Shown here piece by piece: positions 29,355 through 39,685 of a DNA stretch of 64,000 bases. The notes beneath the pieces are model-generated. The model had not been told where the DNA came from. It did not search any database and was given only the letters and a program-made list of their open reading frames with translations. The position numbers were made by a program, and so were the translations under genes. Source of the DNA: an uncultured Clostridia bacterium (lineage in GTDB: Bacteria; Bacillota; Clostridia; TANB77; CAG-508); assembly GCA_949045875.1 (NCBI GenBank), contig CARPYP010000001.1, positions 57,166-121,165 of the forward strand, written 5' to 3'. How positions within the stretch are numbered: the stretch's first letter is position 1; each line of letters begins with the position of its first letter.

Positions 29355-30320
29355 TTACTGTAATGCATTCTTTAATACCTCTAAGTTTCTATTCATTAAT
29401 GTTACATATGTTTCTCCATTTTTATAGTCATAATTGGATATTGAGTGTAATGTTTGTATTTGCATTGCTTTTGCTCCTGTTTCTTTTGAAATTATGTTTG
29501 CAACTTTTGAGTTCCCATTTTCTATGTATAATACTACTGGTATGTTTTCTTCTTTTATTAGATTAATTAAATATGCTAAAGTTTTTGTACTAGGTTCTGT
29601 TTCTGTACTACAACCATTAAATGCTCCACTGGCTTTTAGTCCGAATTCTTCTAAAAAATATCTTATTGGCATTCTGTCTCCAAATACTAATCTTTTTCTT
29701 TTGGCATTTTCTACTATATCCCATATATCTTCGTCTAGTTTTTCTATTTGTTTTTTATAATTATTCGTATTTTGTCTAAATATATCTTTTTCCTTATTAT
29801 CAATTTCTTCTAATCCTAGTTCTAAACTCTCTAACATTTTTATTGCATTTTTAGGTGAAGTCCAGACATGTTCATCCCATGCCAGTTCTTCGTGTTCTTC
29901 CTCTTCTTCTACTCCTTCTATATGCTCTTCTTTATATAATTCTACAGTGTCCATTAGTTTTATTAGTTTTGTATTTGATAAGTCCATTGTAGGTATGACT
30001 TGTTCTGTCCAGTTCTCCATTTCTCCACCATTATATACAAATAAATCTGATTGCTGAATTGCTATTATTTGACTTGCTGTTGGTTCAAAGTTATGTGCAT
30101 CTACTCCTGAGTCTAATAAATAGGTTATTTCTATATTGTTACTGTCTTTTGTAATTGCTTTTACAAAGTCATATCCAACAAAGGACGTGCAAACAACACT
30201 TAGCTTATCTGCTGATTTTGTTTTCGTATTATTTGGTTTTATTAGAGCATATATAAATATTACTAGAATTATTACTAGAATTATTATACAAATTATTTTA
30301 TTTAATTTTATTACTTTCAT
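29355..30320 (-). CDS. ZnuA/TroA-like metal ABC transporter substrate-binding lipoprotein
   Basis: 321 aa. Signal/lipobox region. His/Asp/Glu-rich loop EEHIEGVEEEEEHEELAWDEHVW typical of zinc-binding ZnuA. No cognate permease or ATPase gene is adjacent. Confidence 0.75.
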   Translation of the reverse strand: MKVIKLNKIICIIILVIILVIFIYALIKPNNTKTKSADKLSVVCTSFVGYDFVKAITKDSNNIEITYLLDSGVDAHNFEPTASQIIAIQQSDLFVYNGGEMENWTEQVIPTMDLSNTKLIKLMDTVELYKEEHIEGVEEEEEHEELAWDEHVWTSPKNAIKMLESLELGLEEIDNKEKDIFRQNTNNYKKQIEKLDEDIWDIVENAKRKRLVFGDRMPIRYFLEEFGLKASGAFNGCSTETEPSTKTLAYLINLIKEENIPVVLYIENGNSKVANIISKETGAKAMQIQTLHSISNYDYKNGETYVTLMNRNLEVLKNALQ

Positions 30321-30461
30321 ATTCTTAGCACCTTTTCTTTGTATGCTATTATATCACTTATTATTTTTTATTTCTACCCTATTATTGTGATTTTTTAATT
30401 ATATCTAATTATAAATTTGTGTTTGTGGGGATGATTATTAGATGCGTGTCAATTTCCACAA

Positions 30462-30495
30462 TTAAAGAGGGCATTCTGTCAATAGAACGCCCTCT
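30462..30495 (-). terminator. Hairpin (agagggcattctgtcaatagaacgccctct) downstream of the zinc-ribbon/bPH gene
   Basis: 7-bp GC stem ~90 nt after the 30584 stop. No strong T-run. Confidence 0.35.
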
Positions 30496-30583
30496 TCTCC
30501 TGAGACTTACCAAAGACCATGCTCATGAATGCTCCTGAAACTTTTATGTTCCTCCGTTTCAACTACCATTTTAAATACTCCTT

Positions 30584-31216
30584 TTATTCTTCTGGAGTTC
30601 CTTCATCAATAATTTGTTTTATCGTTTCATATTGCTCTTTTACATTCTCAACACAGTGTATGTATATTCCGTTTTTTCCTTGCATATTATTGTGTCTTCT
30701 AGTATTAGGATAACCTCCGCTAGAAGCATTTGTAAATATTTTTATTGTTCCTATATTAAACAGTCTTTCAAATATGTTTTGATTCATTGTTACTTCTCTA
30801 ACATATTTATATTTTAATTCTTTTTCTTCTTTGTTTAAGAACCCATCTTTGTATTCTACTTTTGTAGCATAAAAATTATATTCTAAGTCATCATATTGCA
30901 TTTTTTCAAATGCAAGTTTTATGATTACATATAACGCCATAACACCTATTGTTATTAAAAATGTTATAGGATACAAAACCCATAGCTCATATAAATCTGT
31001 AAGCCAACAACATATTATTATCATATATAATATTGCTCTTCCTACAATAGTCAACATTTTATATGGTATGTTAAATTTGGGTTTTACTTGAAATTTTATA
31101 TTGTTGTTTTCTACTATTTCTTCTTTTGTTTCCTGCACTCCTGCTCTTTCTGTCCCACACTTAGGGCAAAACTTTGCTGTATCACTCATCTCTTCTCCAC
31201 AATTTTTACAAAACAC
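30584..31216 (-). CDS. Zinc-ribbon / 2-TM / bacterial PH (bPH_2, YdbS-like) domain protein
   Basis: 210 aa. N-terminal CxxC..CxxC (MFCKNCGEEMSDTAKFCPKCG), two TM helices, C-terminal bPH-like region YKDGFLNKEEKELKYKYVREVTMNQ. Confidence 0.6.
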   Translation of the reverse strand: MFCKNCGEEMSDTAKFCPKCGTERAGVQETKEEIVENNNIKFQVKPKFNIPYKMLTIVGRAILYMIIICCWLTDLYELWVLYPITFLITIGVMALYVIIKLAFEKMQYDDLEYNFYATKVEYKDGFLNKEEKELKYKYVREVTMNQNIFERLFNIGTIKIFTNASSGGYPNTRRHNNMQGKNGIYIHCVENVKEQYETIKQIIDEGTPEE

Positions 31217-31228
31217 AATAATCCTCCT

Positions 31229-31813
31229 TTATACATTTGTTATTTCTTTTATTTGCTTATAAATTTCTTGTACATTTTCTATATTTTTTATAAAAATACC
31301 ATTTCCGAAACCTGTTTCAGCATTAGTAAATAACACAATATTTCCAAGATTAAAATATCTTTGGATAAATGTTTGACGCATTGTTATTTCTCTTATATAT
31401 TTGTATTTTACTTCTTTTTCTGAAACATTTAAAAAGCTATCTTTATAGATTACTTTTGTTTTATAAAAATCATATGTATAATTTTTGTATTGTTTTTTAT
31501 TGATTGCTACTTGTATTCCCCAAATACTTCCAAATATTATGATTGTAATAAATGTAATTACTCCACCTACTATTAAATCTACACTTACAAATATAAGTAA
31601 TGTGATTGCAATTATAAAAATGTAAATTAATAATGATGGTAATGCCATATATCCAAACTTATAAGTTGGTTTTACTTGTAATTGGATTTCATTATCTACT
31701 ATTTTTTTTACTTCTTCTTTTGGCGTTTCTTTTGAGTCTGAAATACGTGTACCACAATTAGTACAGAATTCTGCTGTGTCTGGTAATTTTGTACCACATT
31801 TTTCGCAAAACAT
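31229..31813 (-). CDS. Zinc-ribbon / 2-TM / bPH domain protein, tandem paralog
   Basis: 194 aa. Same architecture (MFCEKCGTKLPDTAEFCTNCG ... YKDSFLNVSEKEVKYKYIREITMRQ). Confidence 0.6.
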   Translation of the reverse strand: MFCEKCGTKLPDTAEFCTNCGTRISDSKETPKEEVKKIVDNEIQLQVKPTYKFGYMALPSLLIYIFIIAITLLIFVSVDLIVGGVITFITIIIFGSIWGIQVAINKKQYKNYTYDFYKTKVIYKDSFLNVSEKEVKYKYIREITMRQTFIQRYFNLGNIVLFTNAETGFGNGIFIKNIENVQEIYKQIKEITNV

Positions 31814-31897
31814 TTTATTTTCCTCCCTTTTATATACAGTTTTATTATATAATTAGTATATTATATTTCGAGTTTTTTTGCAATATGATTTATTAAA

Positions 31898-32377
31898 TTA
31901 TCTATGATATGTTTCATTATTAGAAATTTTGAATGCTCTAAATATTTGCTCTAGTAAGAATACTCTTATTAGTTGATGTGGAAATGTCATTTTTGAGAAA
32001 CATATTTTTTCTTTTGATGCGTTTAGTATTTCTTCTCCTATTCCTAGAGTTCCTCCTATTATAAATGTTATTGAGCTATTAATATTTGATATCTCCTCAA
32101 TTCTTTTTGCAAATTCTTCTGATGTTATTTGTTTTCCTTTTAAGTCTAACGATACACAATATGTATCTTTCTTTATGTATGTTAACATTTTATGCGCTTC
32201 TTTGTCTTTTATGTTTTTTATTATTGTTTCACTTGTTTTATCTGGAACTTTCTCGTCTAATACCTCTATTATATTTAAATTACAGTATTTTGATAGTCTT
32301 TTGCTGTATTCATTTATAGCTTCTTTTAAATAGTTTTCTTTGATTTTTCCTACACATAGTATGTTTATTGTTAACAT
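31898..32377 (-). CDS. rlmH: 23S rRNA (pseudouridine1915-N3)-methyltransferase RlmH
   Basis: 159 aa SPOUT. MLTINILCVGKIKENYLKEAINEY N-terminus typical of RlmH. Confidence 0.8.
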   Translation of the reverse strand: MLTINILCVGKIKENYLKEAINEYSKRLSKYCNLNIIEVLDEKVPDKTSETIIKNIKDKEAHKMLTYIKKDTYCVSLDLKGKQITSEEFAKRIEEISNINSSITFIIGGTLGIGEEILNASKEKICFSKMTFPHQLIRVFLLEQIFRAFKISNNETYHR

Positions 32378-32418
32378 CTTTGACTCCCTATTATTTTTAT
32401 ATTTTATTTTGATTTTTA

Positions 32419-32544
32419 ACGGACACCCATACCCAGTAAAATTCGCTTTGCGAATTTTCCATGACTCATTCGCAAAAATATAAAAAGAAGAAAATGGCTT
32501 CTCTTCTTTTTATATTCTTTCTCATTTCGTCCGCCCCTACAATT
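32419..32544. repeat. GC-hairpin family arms (ACGGACAC ... GTCCGCCCCTACAATT) separated by a ~100-nt insert
   Basis: The insert contains the palindrome AAAATTCGCTTTGCGAATTTT and is homologous to the loop insert at 27905-27971. It also contains a hairpin+T-run (aagaag..cttctttttata) that likely terminates pgi. Confidence 0.5.
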
Positions 32545-32568
32545 ATTTTCATACTATTATTTTTCAAT

Positions 32569-33864
32569 CTAATATCCGGGCTTTCCAAGTAACCTAAACA
32601 TATTCTTCTTATATTCTTCTACTCCCGGTTGATTGAATGGATTTACTCCTAGTATTTTTCCTGACACCGCACATGCTAATTCAAAAAAGTATATTAGGTT
32701 TCCAATGGTTGCTGCATCTAATTTTTCCATATCTATTATAATGTTTGGTACTCCTCCATTTACATGTGCTTCTATTGTTCCTTCCATTGCTTTTTTACAC
32801 ACATAATCTACTGTTTTTCCTGCTACAAAGTTCATTCCATCTAAATTGTCTTCATCTGGTTTTATTTCTATATCTGTTTCTGGATTTACAACATTTATTA
32901 CTGTTTCCATTAGATTTCTTTGTCCTTGTTGTATGTATTGTCCCATTGAGTGTAAGTCTGTTGTAAAGTCTACTCCTGCTGGGAATATTCCTTTTTCTTC
33001 TTTTCCTTCACTTTCTCCAAATAATTGCTTCCACCATTCTACAAAATAATGTAATTTTGGATTATAGTTTGCTAGTATTTCAATTTCTTTCCCTTCATCA
33101 TATAAGATATTTCTTGTTACTGCATATTGATAACATTCATTATATTTTAAATTTGGTTCTATGTATTTGTTTTGTGCAATTCTTGCTCCATTCATTAGTT
33201 CATCTATGTCTATTCCTGCAACTGCTATTGGTAATAATCCTACTGCTGTTAATACAGAGTATCTTCCTCCGATATTGTCTGGAACTACAAATGTTTCATA
33301 TCCTTCGTCATTTGCTAATTGTTTTAATGCTCCTTTTTCTTTGTCTGTTGTCACATATATCCTTTTTCTTGCTTCTTCTAATCCATATTTATTTTCTAAA
33401 AATTCTCTAAATATTCTAAATGCAATAGCTGGTTCTGTTGTTGTTCCTGATTTTGATATTACATTTATTGATATGTCTTTATCTCCTATTGCTTCTATCA
33501 TTTCTGCAATATATGTTGAACTTAGGTTGTTTCCGGCATATAGTATTTGTGGCTCATCTGAATTTGGATTGTAAAATCCATTTTTTATAGCTTCTATAAC
33601 TGCTCTTGCACCTAAGTATGAGCCTCCTATTCCTATGCATATAAAAACTTTTGAGTTATTTCTTATTGCTTCTGCTGCTTTTTTTATTCTTTCAAATTCT
33701 TCTTTATCATAATTTGTTGGTAAGTTTAACCAGCCTAAAAATTCTTCTGGTTTTGATGAGTTTTTTCTAATCTCTTTGTCTATTTCTTCTACTTTTTCTT
33801 GATATTCTACTACTTTTCTCATTTCTATTCCACTGTTTTCAAATCTTACTTTTATGTTTGACAT
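32569..33864 (-). CDS. pgi: Glucose-6-phosphate isomerase
   Basis: 431 aa. Firmicute-type PGI: [12 protein letters not shown] and overall length. Confidence 0.85.
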   Translation of the reverse strand: MSNIKVRFENSGIEMRKVVEYQEKVEEIDKEIRKNSSKPEEFLGWLNLPTNYDKEEFERIKKAAEAIRNNSKVFICIGIGGSYLGARAVIEAIKNGFYNPNSDEPQILYAGNNLSSTYIAEMIEAIGDKDISINVISKSGTTTEPAIAFRIFREFLENKYGLEEARKRIYVTTDKEKGALKQLANDEGYETFVVPDNIGGRYSVLTAVGLLPIAVAGIDIDELMNGARIAQNKYIEPNLKYNECYQYAVTRNILYDEGKEIEILANYNPKLHYFVEWWKQLFGESEGKEEKGIFPAGVDFTTDLHSMGQYIQQGQRNLMETVINVVNPETDIEIKPDEDNLDGMNFVAGKTVDYVCKKAMEGTIEAHVNGGVPNIIIDMEKLDAATIGNLIYFFELACAVSGKILGVNPFNQPGVEEYKKNMFRLLGKPGY

Positions 33865-34021
33865 TGTTTAATCATTCCTTTCTATATATTATATATCATT
33901 TTATTTTTTTGTTGTCAATTGGATTTTTGTCTGAATTTATACCTTTTTTTTCCAATTTATGTTTCTTAACGTAATGAGAGCCTAGTATTTTACTAGACCC
34001 TCATTACATTTTGTTATTAAT

Positions 34022-35275
34022 CTACCCTTCTATAACAGGTTGCTCCTTAGTTTTTTCTATTTCTTTTTTAGCTATTATATTTCTTATTATTAATCCTATT
34101 CCTGTTGTAATTATAATAAAGTTAGATAGTCCACCAATATATGGCAATTTTTGTAATATCCATACACATAATGCTATTACCATTAATAAACATATTTCTA
34201 GTACTTTATTGTTTTTTACGGCTTCTATTTTATCTTTAGCAATTCCTGTTATTGAGATTGAAAATACCGCTGAACTAATATATATTATTATAGTCATTAT
34301 CATCCATGCAATTATACTTATTGGCAATCCTATTGCTGTAAATAGCAACATTATAGACATTATAAATGCTATAAAGATTATTGCCCAAGTTATTAATCCT
34401 ACTGCAAATGCAATTATTGATTTCTCTTTTAAATCTTTTGTAATAGCTTCTGTAAATCTTGGTGATAATAATTTTAATACAAAATATATTACAAGTGCAT
34501 ATATAATTGAAGTAACTGCACTAAATGCATAGTCTTTTATTTTTTCAGCTAATGGAATTTCAAAAGACTCTTCTTCTTCTAATTTAAAGTTTATTTCTCC
34601 ATATAATACGATATCTTTTAATCCTTCTATTTCTCTTCCACTTGTATAATTAAAGTCTCCACCTATTAATAATGATGTTTCTTCATCTTTTACATCAATA
34701 TTATCTGCTGTTAAAAATACATCTCTATAAACTTTTCCTCTTAATTTTACATTAGAAGAAGCTATTTTAACGTCTCTTTCTATATATGCCTTTTCCATTA
34801 ACTCAAATTTTTCAGAAGCACAATATATATCATATATTGTCCCATTTATTTTTGCTTCTTGTGCAAATATATATAATGAATCTGCTATATATGCTTCTTC
34901 TGTAATTTCAACTGTTCCATTTGCAAAAATAAATACTGAACCTTTTACTTCTCCTGTAAATTTTACATCTCCATTTACAAGAATATAAACATTCCCATCA
35001 ATTAGTTTATCCATCTCATAGTCTGTATCTTCAAATACATATAAATCTGAATATGTTATATCGTAATTTGGTAAGTTATCCACTTCTGAATCACTATCAC
35101 CTTCTTGGTCAGTTATTGGCATTGTTCCATCTTCTTCTGAAGTAGGTTCAGATATTGGCATTATTCCATCTTCTGTAGATGTTCTAGGTTCGATTTCTTT
35201 TGCAAAGCAAAATGTACCTAATATAGATACTAAAAGTATTAAAGCTATTAATACTAAGCTAATTTTCTTCCTCAT
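34022..35275 (-). CDS. Hypothetical secreted/membrane protein with beta-helix (bactofilin/polymer-forming-like) N-domain and polytopic C-terminal domain
   Basis: 417 aa. Signal peptide. Internal repeat TSTEDGIMPISEPTSEEDGTMPIT. Right-handed beta-helix-like repeats (GDVKFTGEVKGSVFIFANGTVEI). 4-5 C-terminal TM helices. Confidence 0.5.
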   Translation of the reverse strand: MRKKISLVLIALILLVSILGTFCFAKEIEPRTSTEDGIMPISEPTSEEDGTMPITDQEGDSDSEVDNLPNYDITYSDLYVFEDTDYEMDKLIDGNVYILVNGDVKFTGEVKGSVFIFANGTVEITEEAYIADSLYIFAQEAKINGTIYDIYCASEKFELMEKAYIERDVKIASSNVKLRGKVYRDVFLTADNIDVKDEETSLLIGGDFNYTSGREIEGLKDIVLYGEINFKLEEEESFEIPLAEKIKDYAFSAVTSIIYALVIYFVLKLLSPRFTEAITKDLKEKSIIAFAVGLITWAIIFIAFIMSIMLLFTAIGLPISIIAWMIMTIIIYISSAVFSISITGIAKDKIEAVKNNKVLEICLLMVIALCVWILQKLPYIGGLSNFIIITTGIGLIIRNIIAKKEIEKTKEQPVIEG

Positions 35276-35494
35276 TTAACTCTCTCCTTTTTATTTTTTC
35301 TCTTAGCTAGAGATACCTAATAAAATTATACTATCACATTGTCCATTTTTATGCAATATTTTTTAGATTATTATTTATAATAATTTGTTAATTTACTTTT
35401 ATAAACTCTTTATGTACTTTACAAATTTACATAAATATGATATAAAGAAAGTAACTTGCAAATTACAATAGTAGGATATGAATGGAGGTAGCCT

Positions 35495-35776
35495 ATGTTT
35501 GATGATTTACTAAGAGAAACTGCATTTAATTACAACTTACGGAAATGTAAAAAAACTAAAAAATTTTTTAAGGAAGTGAAAAAGGGCTTATTAAAAAGTG
35601 CTAAAGGCTTATCACATGACAAAAAAATAGCTTCATTCTCAATAGATGCTCATCTCTCAGAGAACGGTTATATCAAACTTAAAAAGCTATGTGATAAAAA
35701 TGGGATCAATTTTGCAACCAAATATGTCGACTGTTTTCTAAATACTTATGAATTTAGTATAGTAGTTCGGCAATAG
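35495..35776 (+). CDS. Hypothetical 93-aa basic protein
   Basis: GGAGG RBS 7 nt upstream of ATG. Followed by a hairpin (aagtgggaaata..tatttcccactt). Confidence 0.5.
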   Translation: MFDDLLRETAFNYNLRKCKKTKKFFKEVKKGLLKSAKGLSHDKKIASFSIDAHLSENGYIKLKKLCDKNGINFATKYVDCFLNTYEFSIVVRQ

Positions 35777-35832
35777 CATAAGTGGGAAATATCTGGTGTT
35801 ACCAGTATTTCCCACTTCTCCTAATTCATATT

Positions 35833-36000
35833 TTATCTATTATTGTTTTGTTGTTTTCTAGCTTTTCTACATGCTGGACATCTTACTGGTTGGCTTGTAA
35901 AACCTTTTTCTGCATAAAATTGTTGTTCTCCTGCTGTAAATACAAATTCTTCGCCACAATCTCTACATTTAATAGTTATGTCTTCATATGTTGTTTCCAT
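35833..36000 (-). CDS. Small zinc-ribbon protein (55 aa)
   Basis: Translation METTYEDITIKCRDCGEEFVFTAGEQQFYAEKGFTSQPVRCPACRKARKQQNNNR. Two CxxC pairs. Not in the ORF track because it is under 60 aa. Confidence 0.55.
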   Translation of the reverse strand: METTYEDITIKCRDCGEEFVFTAGEQQFYAEKGFTSQPVRCPACRKARKQQNNNR

Positions 36001-36163
36001 ATATATAACCTCCTTTTTAAAACTGTTTTGAATTACTTTTCGTACTTAACCAATCTAATAAAGAAGGTAAATATTCTAAAATAAATTCTTTTTTTGTTTC
36101 TTCTTCGAAACTTCTTTTACTATATCATATATATGAATAAAATTCAAGAAAAATACAAGATTT

Positions 36164-36985
36164 TTATAAAATATATTTTTTTAAAAATTCTGCTACTCCA
36201 TCTTCTTCATTTGATAGTGTAATATAGTCTGCAATTTTTTTTAATTCTTCGTCTGCATTTTTCATTGCTACTGTGTTTCCACAGTTTTTAAACATTGCTA
36301 TATCGTTAATTCTATCTCCAAAACATATTGTTTCTTCTTTTTTTATATTCATTGATTTTAAAAATTTATTTATTGCTGTTCCTTTATCAACAAATTTATT
36401 ATTTATAAATATATAATATGGTTCTTTTGAGTTTATTTCTTTGTTTATATAGTCTTTACTATAATTTGCTATTTTTAAATTTTGTTTTGATGCTATATAT
36501 TCTTCACATTCTTTCATTCCATAATAGTTATTACTATTAATTATTATTTGAAAAATATCTACACTTTTTATTTCTTCTATATTTCTTATTATAGTTCTAT
36601 TTTTGTACATATTGCTACAAAATATATTATTTCCAATTTGTTCATCTTCTACGTTTAATACTAATTCTAAGTCGTGTTTATTACAATATTCCCAAAGTTC
36701 TTTTATTTCATTATATTCTATAATATTTTTATAGAAATTCATATTGGTTTTACAATTATATATTTGTGCTCCATTTGATGAAATAGTATAATCAGAAGCA
36801 CATAGCTCTTTACTATATTTACATACATCCCTATTGCTTCTTCCTGAACATAATATAATATAAATGCCTTTATCTTTTATGGCCTTTATTGGAATTTTTG
36901 TTGCTTCTGTTATTTGTTTATTACCATTTGTGAGTGTTCCATCAACATCTAAAAATACAGCTTTAATATTTTTTAAATTTCCCAT
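36164..36985 (-). CDS. Cof-type HAD-IIB family phosphatase
   Basis: 273 aa. AVFLDVDGTLTN motif I and C-terminal GDRINDIAMF. Confidence 0.8.
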   Translation of the reverse strand: MGNLKNIKAVFLDVDGTLTNGNKQITEATKIPIKAIKDKGIYIILCSGRSNRDVCKYSKELCASDYTISSNGAQIYNCKTNMNFYKNIIEYNEIKELWEYCNKHDLELVLNVEDEQIGNNIFCSNMYKNRTIIRNIEEIKSVDIFQIIINSNNYYGMKECEEYIASKQNLKIANYSKDYINKEINSKEPYYIFINNKFVDKGTAINKFLKSMNIKKEETICFGDRINDIAMFKNCGNTVAMKNADEELKKIADYITLSNEEDGVAEFLKKYIL

Positions 36986-37057
36986 ATTTTTGGTCTCCCA
37001 TTTTATAACATCTATAATTATTTTAACATATTTTTAGACATCTTGTAAATCATTATT

Positions 37058-37933
37058 TTATAAAATCACATCTCTTTTTAGTTTACTGTTTTGTAATATT
37101 CCAGTTCCTATGAAGTTTCCTTTTTCATCATATATCCTATATATTCCATCTTTATGATTAGAGGTGATTTTTACTCCATTTAAAAATGTTTCTAATTGCT
37201 TTTTGTTTATTGTAATTTTTTCTTTGTTTTCTAAGACTTTTTCAAGGCTTATTATATTTTCTTTTAGGTAATCAATATTATTCTTATTAGATTTTAATTT
37301 TTCTATTTTTATAGCTTTTTCTATATTAAATTCTCCAACTTGAATTCGATTAAGTTCTTTCATATACCCAATAGTTCCTAATTTTTCTGCAATATCTTCA
37401 CATAAAGTTCTTATATATGTTCCTTTTGAACATTCAATTCTAATGTCTATTTGGTTATTCTGAAGGTCGATTTTATTCAATTCTAGATTATAAATTTCTA
37501 TATTTCTAACAGGGACTTCTATTCGCTCACCTTTTCTTGCATAATCATATAATTTCTTTCCGTTTACTTTTATTGCTGAATACATTGGTGGCATTTGAGT
37601 TTGCTTACCCTTAAATGATTTAAGAGTTTTGTTTATATTCTCTTCTGATAATATATTTTTATCTATTTCCTTACTCTCTAAAATTTTTCCTTCTCCATCA
37701 GCAGTATCTGTTTTTATTCCTAATTGCAATGTAGCTTCATATATTTTATCATGATTTACTAAGTATTTGGATATTTTGGTTCCTTTTCCTATTAAAATAG
37801 GTAATACTCCTGTTGCATTAGGGTCTAATGTTCCTGTATGCCCTACTTTTTCGTTTAAGGTATGTTTAACTATTTGAACTACATCATTTGAGGTATATTC
37901 TTTTTCTTTATTTATTATAATTATTCCATCCAT
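37058..37933 (-). CDS. truB: tRNA pseudouridine(55) synthase
   Basis: 291 aa. GHTGTLDPNATGVLPI catalytic Asp motif. Confidence 0.9.
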   Translation of the reverse strand: MDGIIIINKEKEYTSNDVVQIVKHTLNEKVGHTGTLDPNATGVLPILIGKGTKISKYLVNHDKIYEATLQLGIKTDTADGEGKILESKEIDKNILSEENINKTLKSFKGKQTQMPPMYSAIKVNGKKLYDYARKGERIEVPVRNIEIYNLELNKIDLQNNQIDIRIECSKGTYIRTLCEDIAEKLGTIGYMKELNRIQVGEFNIEKAIKIEKLKSNKNNIDYLKENIISLEKVLENKEKITINKKQLETFLNGVKITSNHKDGIYRIYDEKGNFIGTGILQNSKLKRDVIL

Positions 37934-38248
37934 TTTATTTTTCCTTTTTATTTAATTTTGGTTCTATCTCAACTTGCAATTTTACATAAATTATGTTATA
38001 ATATGAATAATTAGTGAAAATTTTGTTTCATCACTTTAAAATAAAGTGATAGGAAGGAGACCAACTATGAATGAAAGAAATAACATCACTTGCAGATGAA
38101 CTTTCTAATGATAAGTATGCTAATATAACTCCAGAAAGAGATAATTCACAACCTAATAGAAATTCAAGCGATATGGGTGGAAGATAAAATACAATGTTAA
38201 GAGTTTTTTAAGAGTCAAACATTAAAGTCTGACTCTTTTGTCATTTAA

Positions 38249-39202
38249 CTATTTTAGATATGTTTTTACACGACTTACCATCTTTTCTTTTGCTTCTTCT
38301 AAAGACATATTCATTGTACAGCCTGCTGCTTTTTCATGCCCTCCACCAGCAAACATTATACAAACATCTGATACATTTACATAGTCTTTTGAACGAAGTG
38401 ATGCCTTATATTCTCCTTCTTCTATTTCTCTTAAAAAGATTGAAACTTCGACTCCTTCAACATCTCTGCCTAATTCGACTAACCCTTCATGGTCTCCTTC
38501 TTCTGCACCTACTTCTTCTATATCTTGTTTTGTTATATATGTAAATGTTATTTTACCGTTTTCTAAAAATTCCATTCTGTCTATTACTTTTTTTGTAAGT
38601 AAAAAGTTTGCTTTACTTTTTGTTTGCAATACTCTTTTATATGTATCAGATACTTTTACACCTTTTCTTAATAATTCTGCTACAAATTCAAAGGTTTCTG
38701 TGGTTACTCCGTCATATTTAAAACCACCTGTATCTGTTATTATCCCAGTTAATATACATGTTCCAATTTCTTTGTCTATTTCTATTCCTAGTTTTCTTAA
38801 TACTATTATTAAGATTTGAGCGCACGCAGGTGCAACAGGGTCTACATAGTTAAAATCAGCAAACATTTTATTGCTTCCATGATGATCTATACATATTGTT
38901 GTTTTTGCTTCTTCAAAAAATGGCTCATATCCCTTTAGTCTTTTTGTGTCTGTACAGTCTAATGCTATTCCTAAATCATATTTTATGTTTCTTCCTTCTG
39001 TTTTTATTTCATTTGCTCCTGGTAAAAAGTTAAATGCCTTAGAATGTGTTGGCATAACTATGTCTACGTCTTTTCCTATACTTTTTAAGGCTAAGTACAT
39101 TGCTAAACTGCTTCCGATTGCATCTCCATCTGGTGTTTCATGGCTTTCTATTATTATAGTATTTGCATTTTCGATTTCTCTCTTTATGTCATCTAATGTC
39201 AT
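38249..39202 (-). CDS. nrnA: Bifunctional oligoribonuclease / pAp phosphatase NrnA (DHH-DHHA1)
   Basis: 317 aa. DHH motif region HETPDGDAIGSSLAM and DHHGS; DHHA1 GGGH. Confidence 0.85.
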   Translation of the reverse strand: MTLDDIKREIENANTIIIESHETPDGDAIGSSLAMYLALKSIGKDVDIVMPTHSKAFNFLPGANEIKTEGRNIKYDLGIALDCTDTKRLKGYEPFFEEAKTTICIDHHGSNKMFADFNYVDPVAPACAQILIIVLRKLGIEIDKEIGTCILTGIITDTGGFKYDGVTTETFEFVAELLRKGVKVSDTYKRVLQTKSKANFLLTKKVIDRMEFLENGKITFTYITKQDIEEVGAEEGDHEGLVELGRDVEGVEVSIFLREIEEGEYKASLRSKDYVNVSDVCIMFAGGGHEKAAGCTMNMSLEEAKEKMVSRVKTYLK

Positions 39203-39251
39203 TGTTATTCTCCTTTTTATGATTATTTAGAAGGGGCTTATGCCCCTATTT

Positions 39252-39623
39252 TTATTCATCTTTATTTTTAGGTTTCGCGGGTAATATTTCTTTTAAAATT
39301 TTGTCAATTCTTTCTCCATATTCTATTGAATCATCTAATACAAATATTATTTCTGGTGTTATTCTTAGGTTTATCCTTTTTGCAACTTCTGTTCTGACAA
39401 ATCCTGATGATTTTTTTAGAGCTGCTAAGGTTTCTTTTGTGTTTTTTGAGTTTAATATACTAACATATATTTGGGCATATTTTAAGTCTGGTGTGATTTT
39501 TGCTTTTGTTACACTTATTAACCCTGTTATGTTAGGATTTTTTAGGTCATATGATATCACATTGCTTATTTCTTTTTTTAATTCTTCGTCTATACGACCT
39601 AGTCTGTTTGAATTTTTATTCAT
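39252..39623 (-). CDS. rbfA: Ribosome-binding factor A
   Basis: 123 aa. RLGRIDEELKKEISNVI N-terminus. Positioned after infB as in the canonical operon. Confidence 0.85.
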   Translation of the reverse strand: MNKNSNRLGRIDEELKKEISNVISYDLKNPNITGLISVTKAKITPDLKYAQIYVSILNSKNTKETLAALKKSSGFVRTEVAKRINLRITPEIIFVLDDSIEYGERIDKILKEILPAKPKNKDE

Positions 39624-39685
39624 GTTTGCTTCCTTTCGTTATAGTTAAATTTTATTATATTTTGTAAATATAGACTCACCTATAC

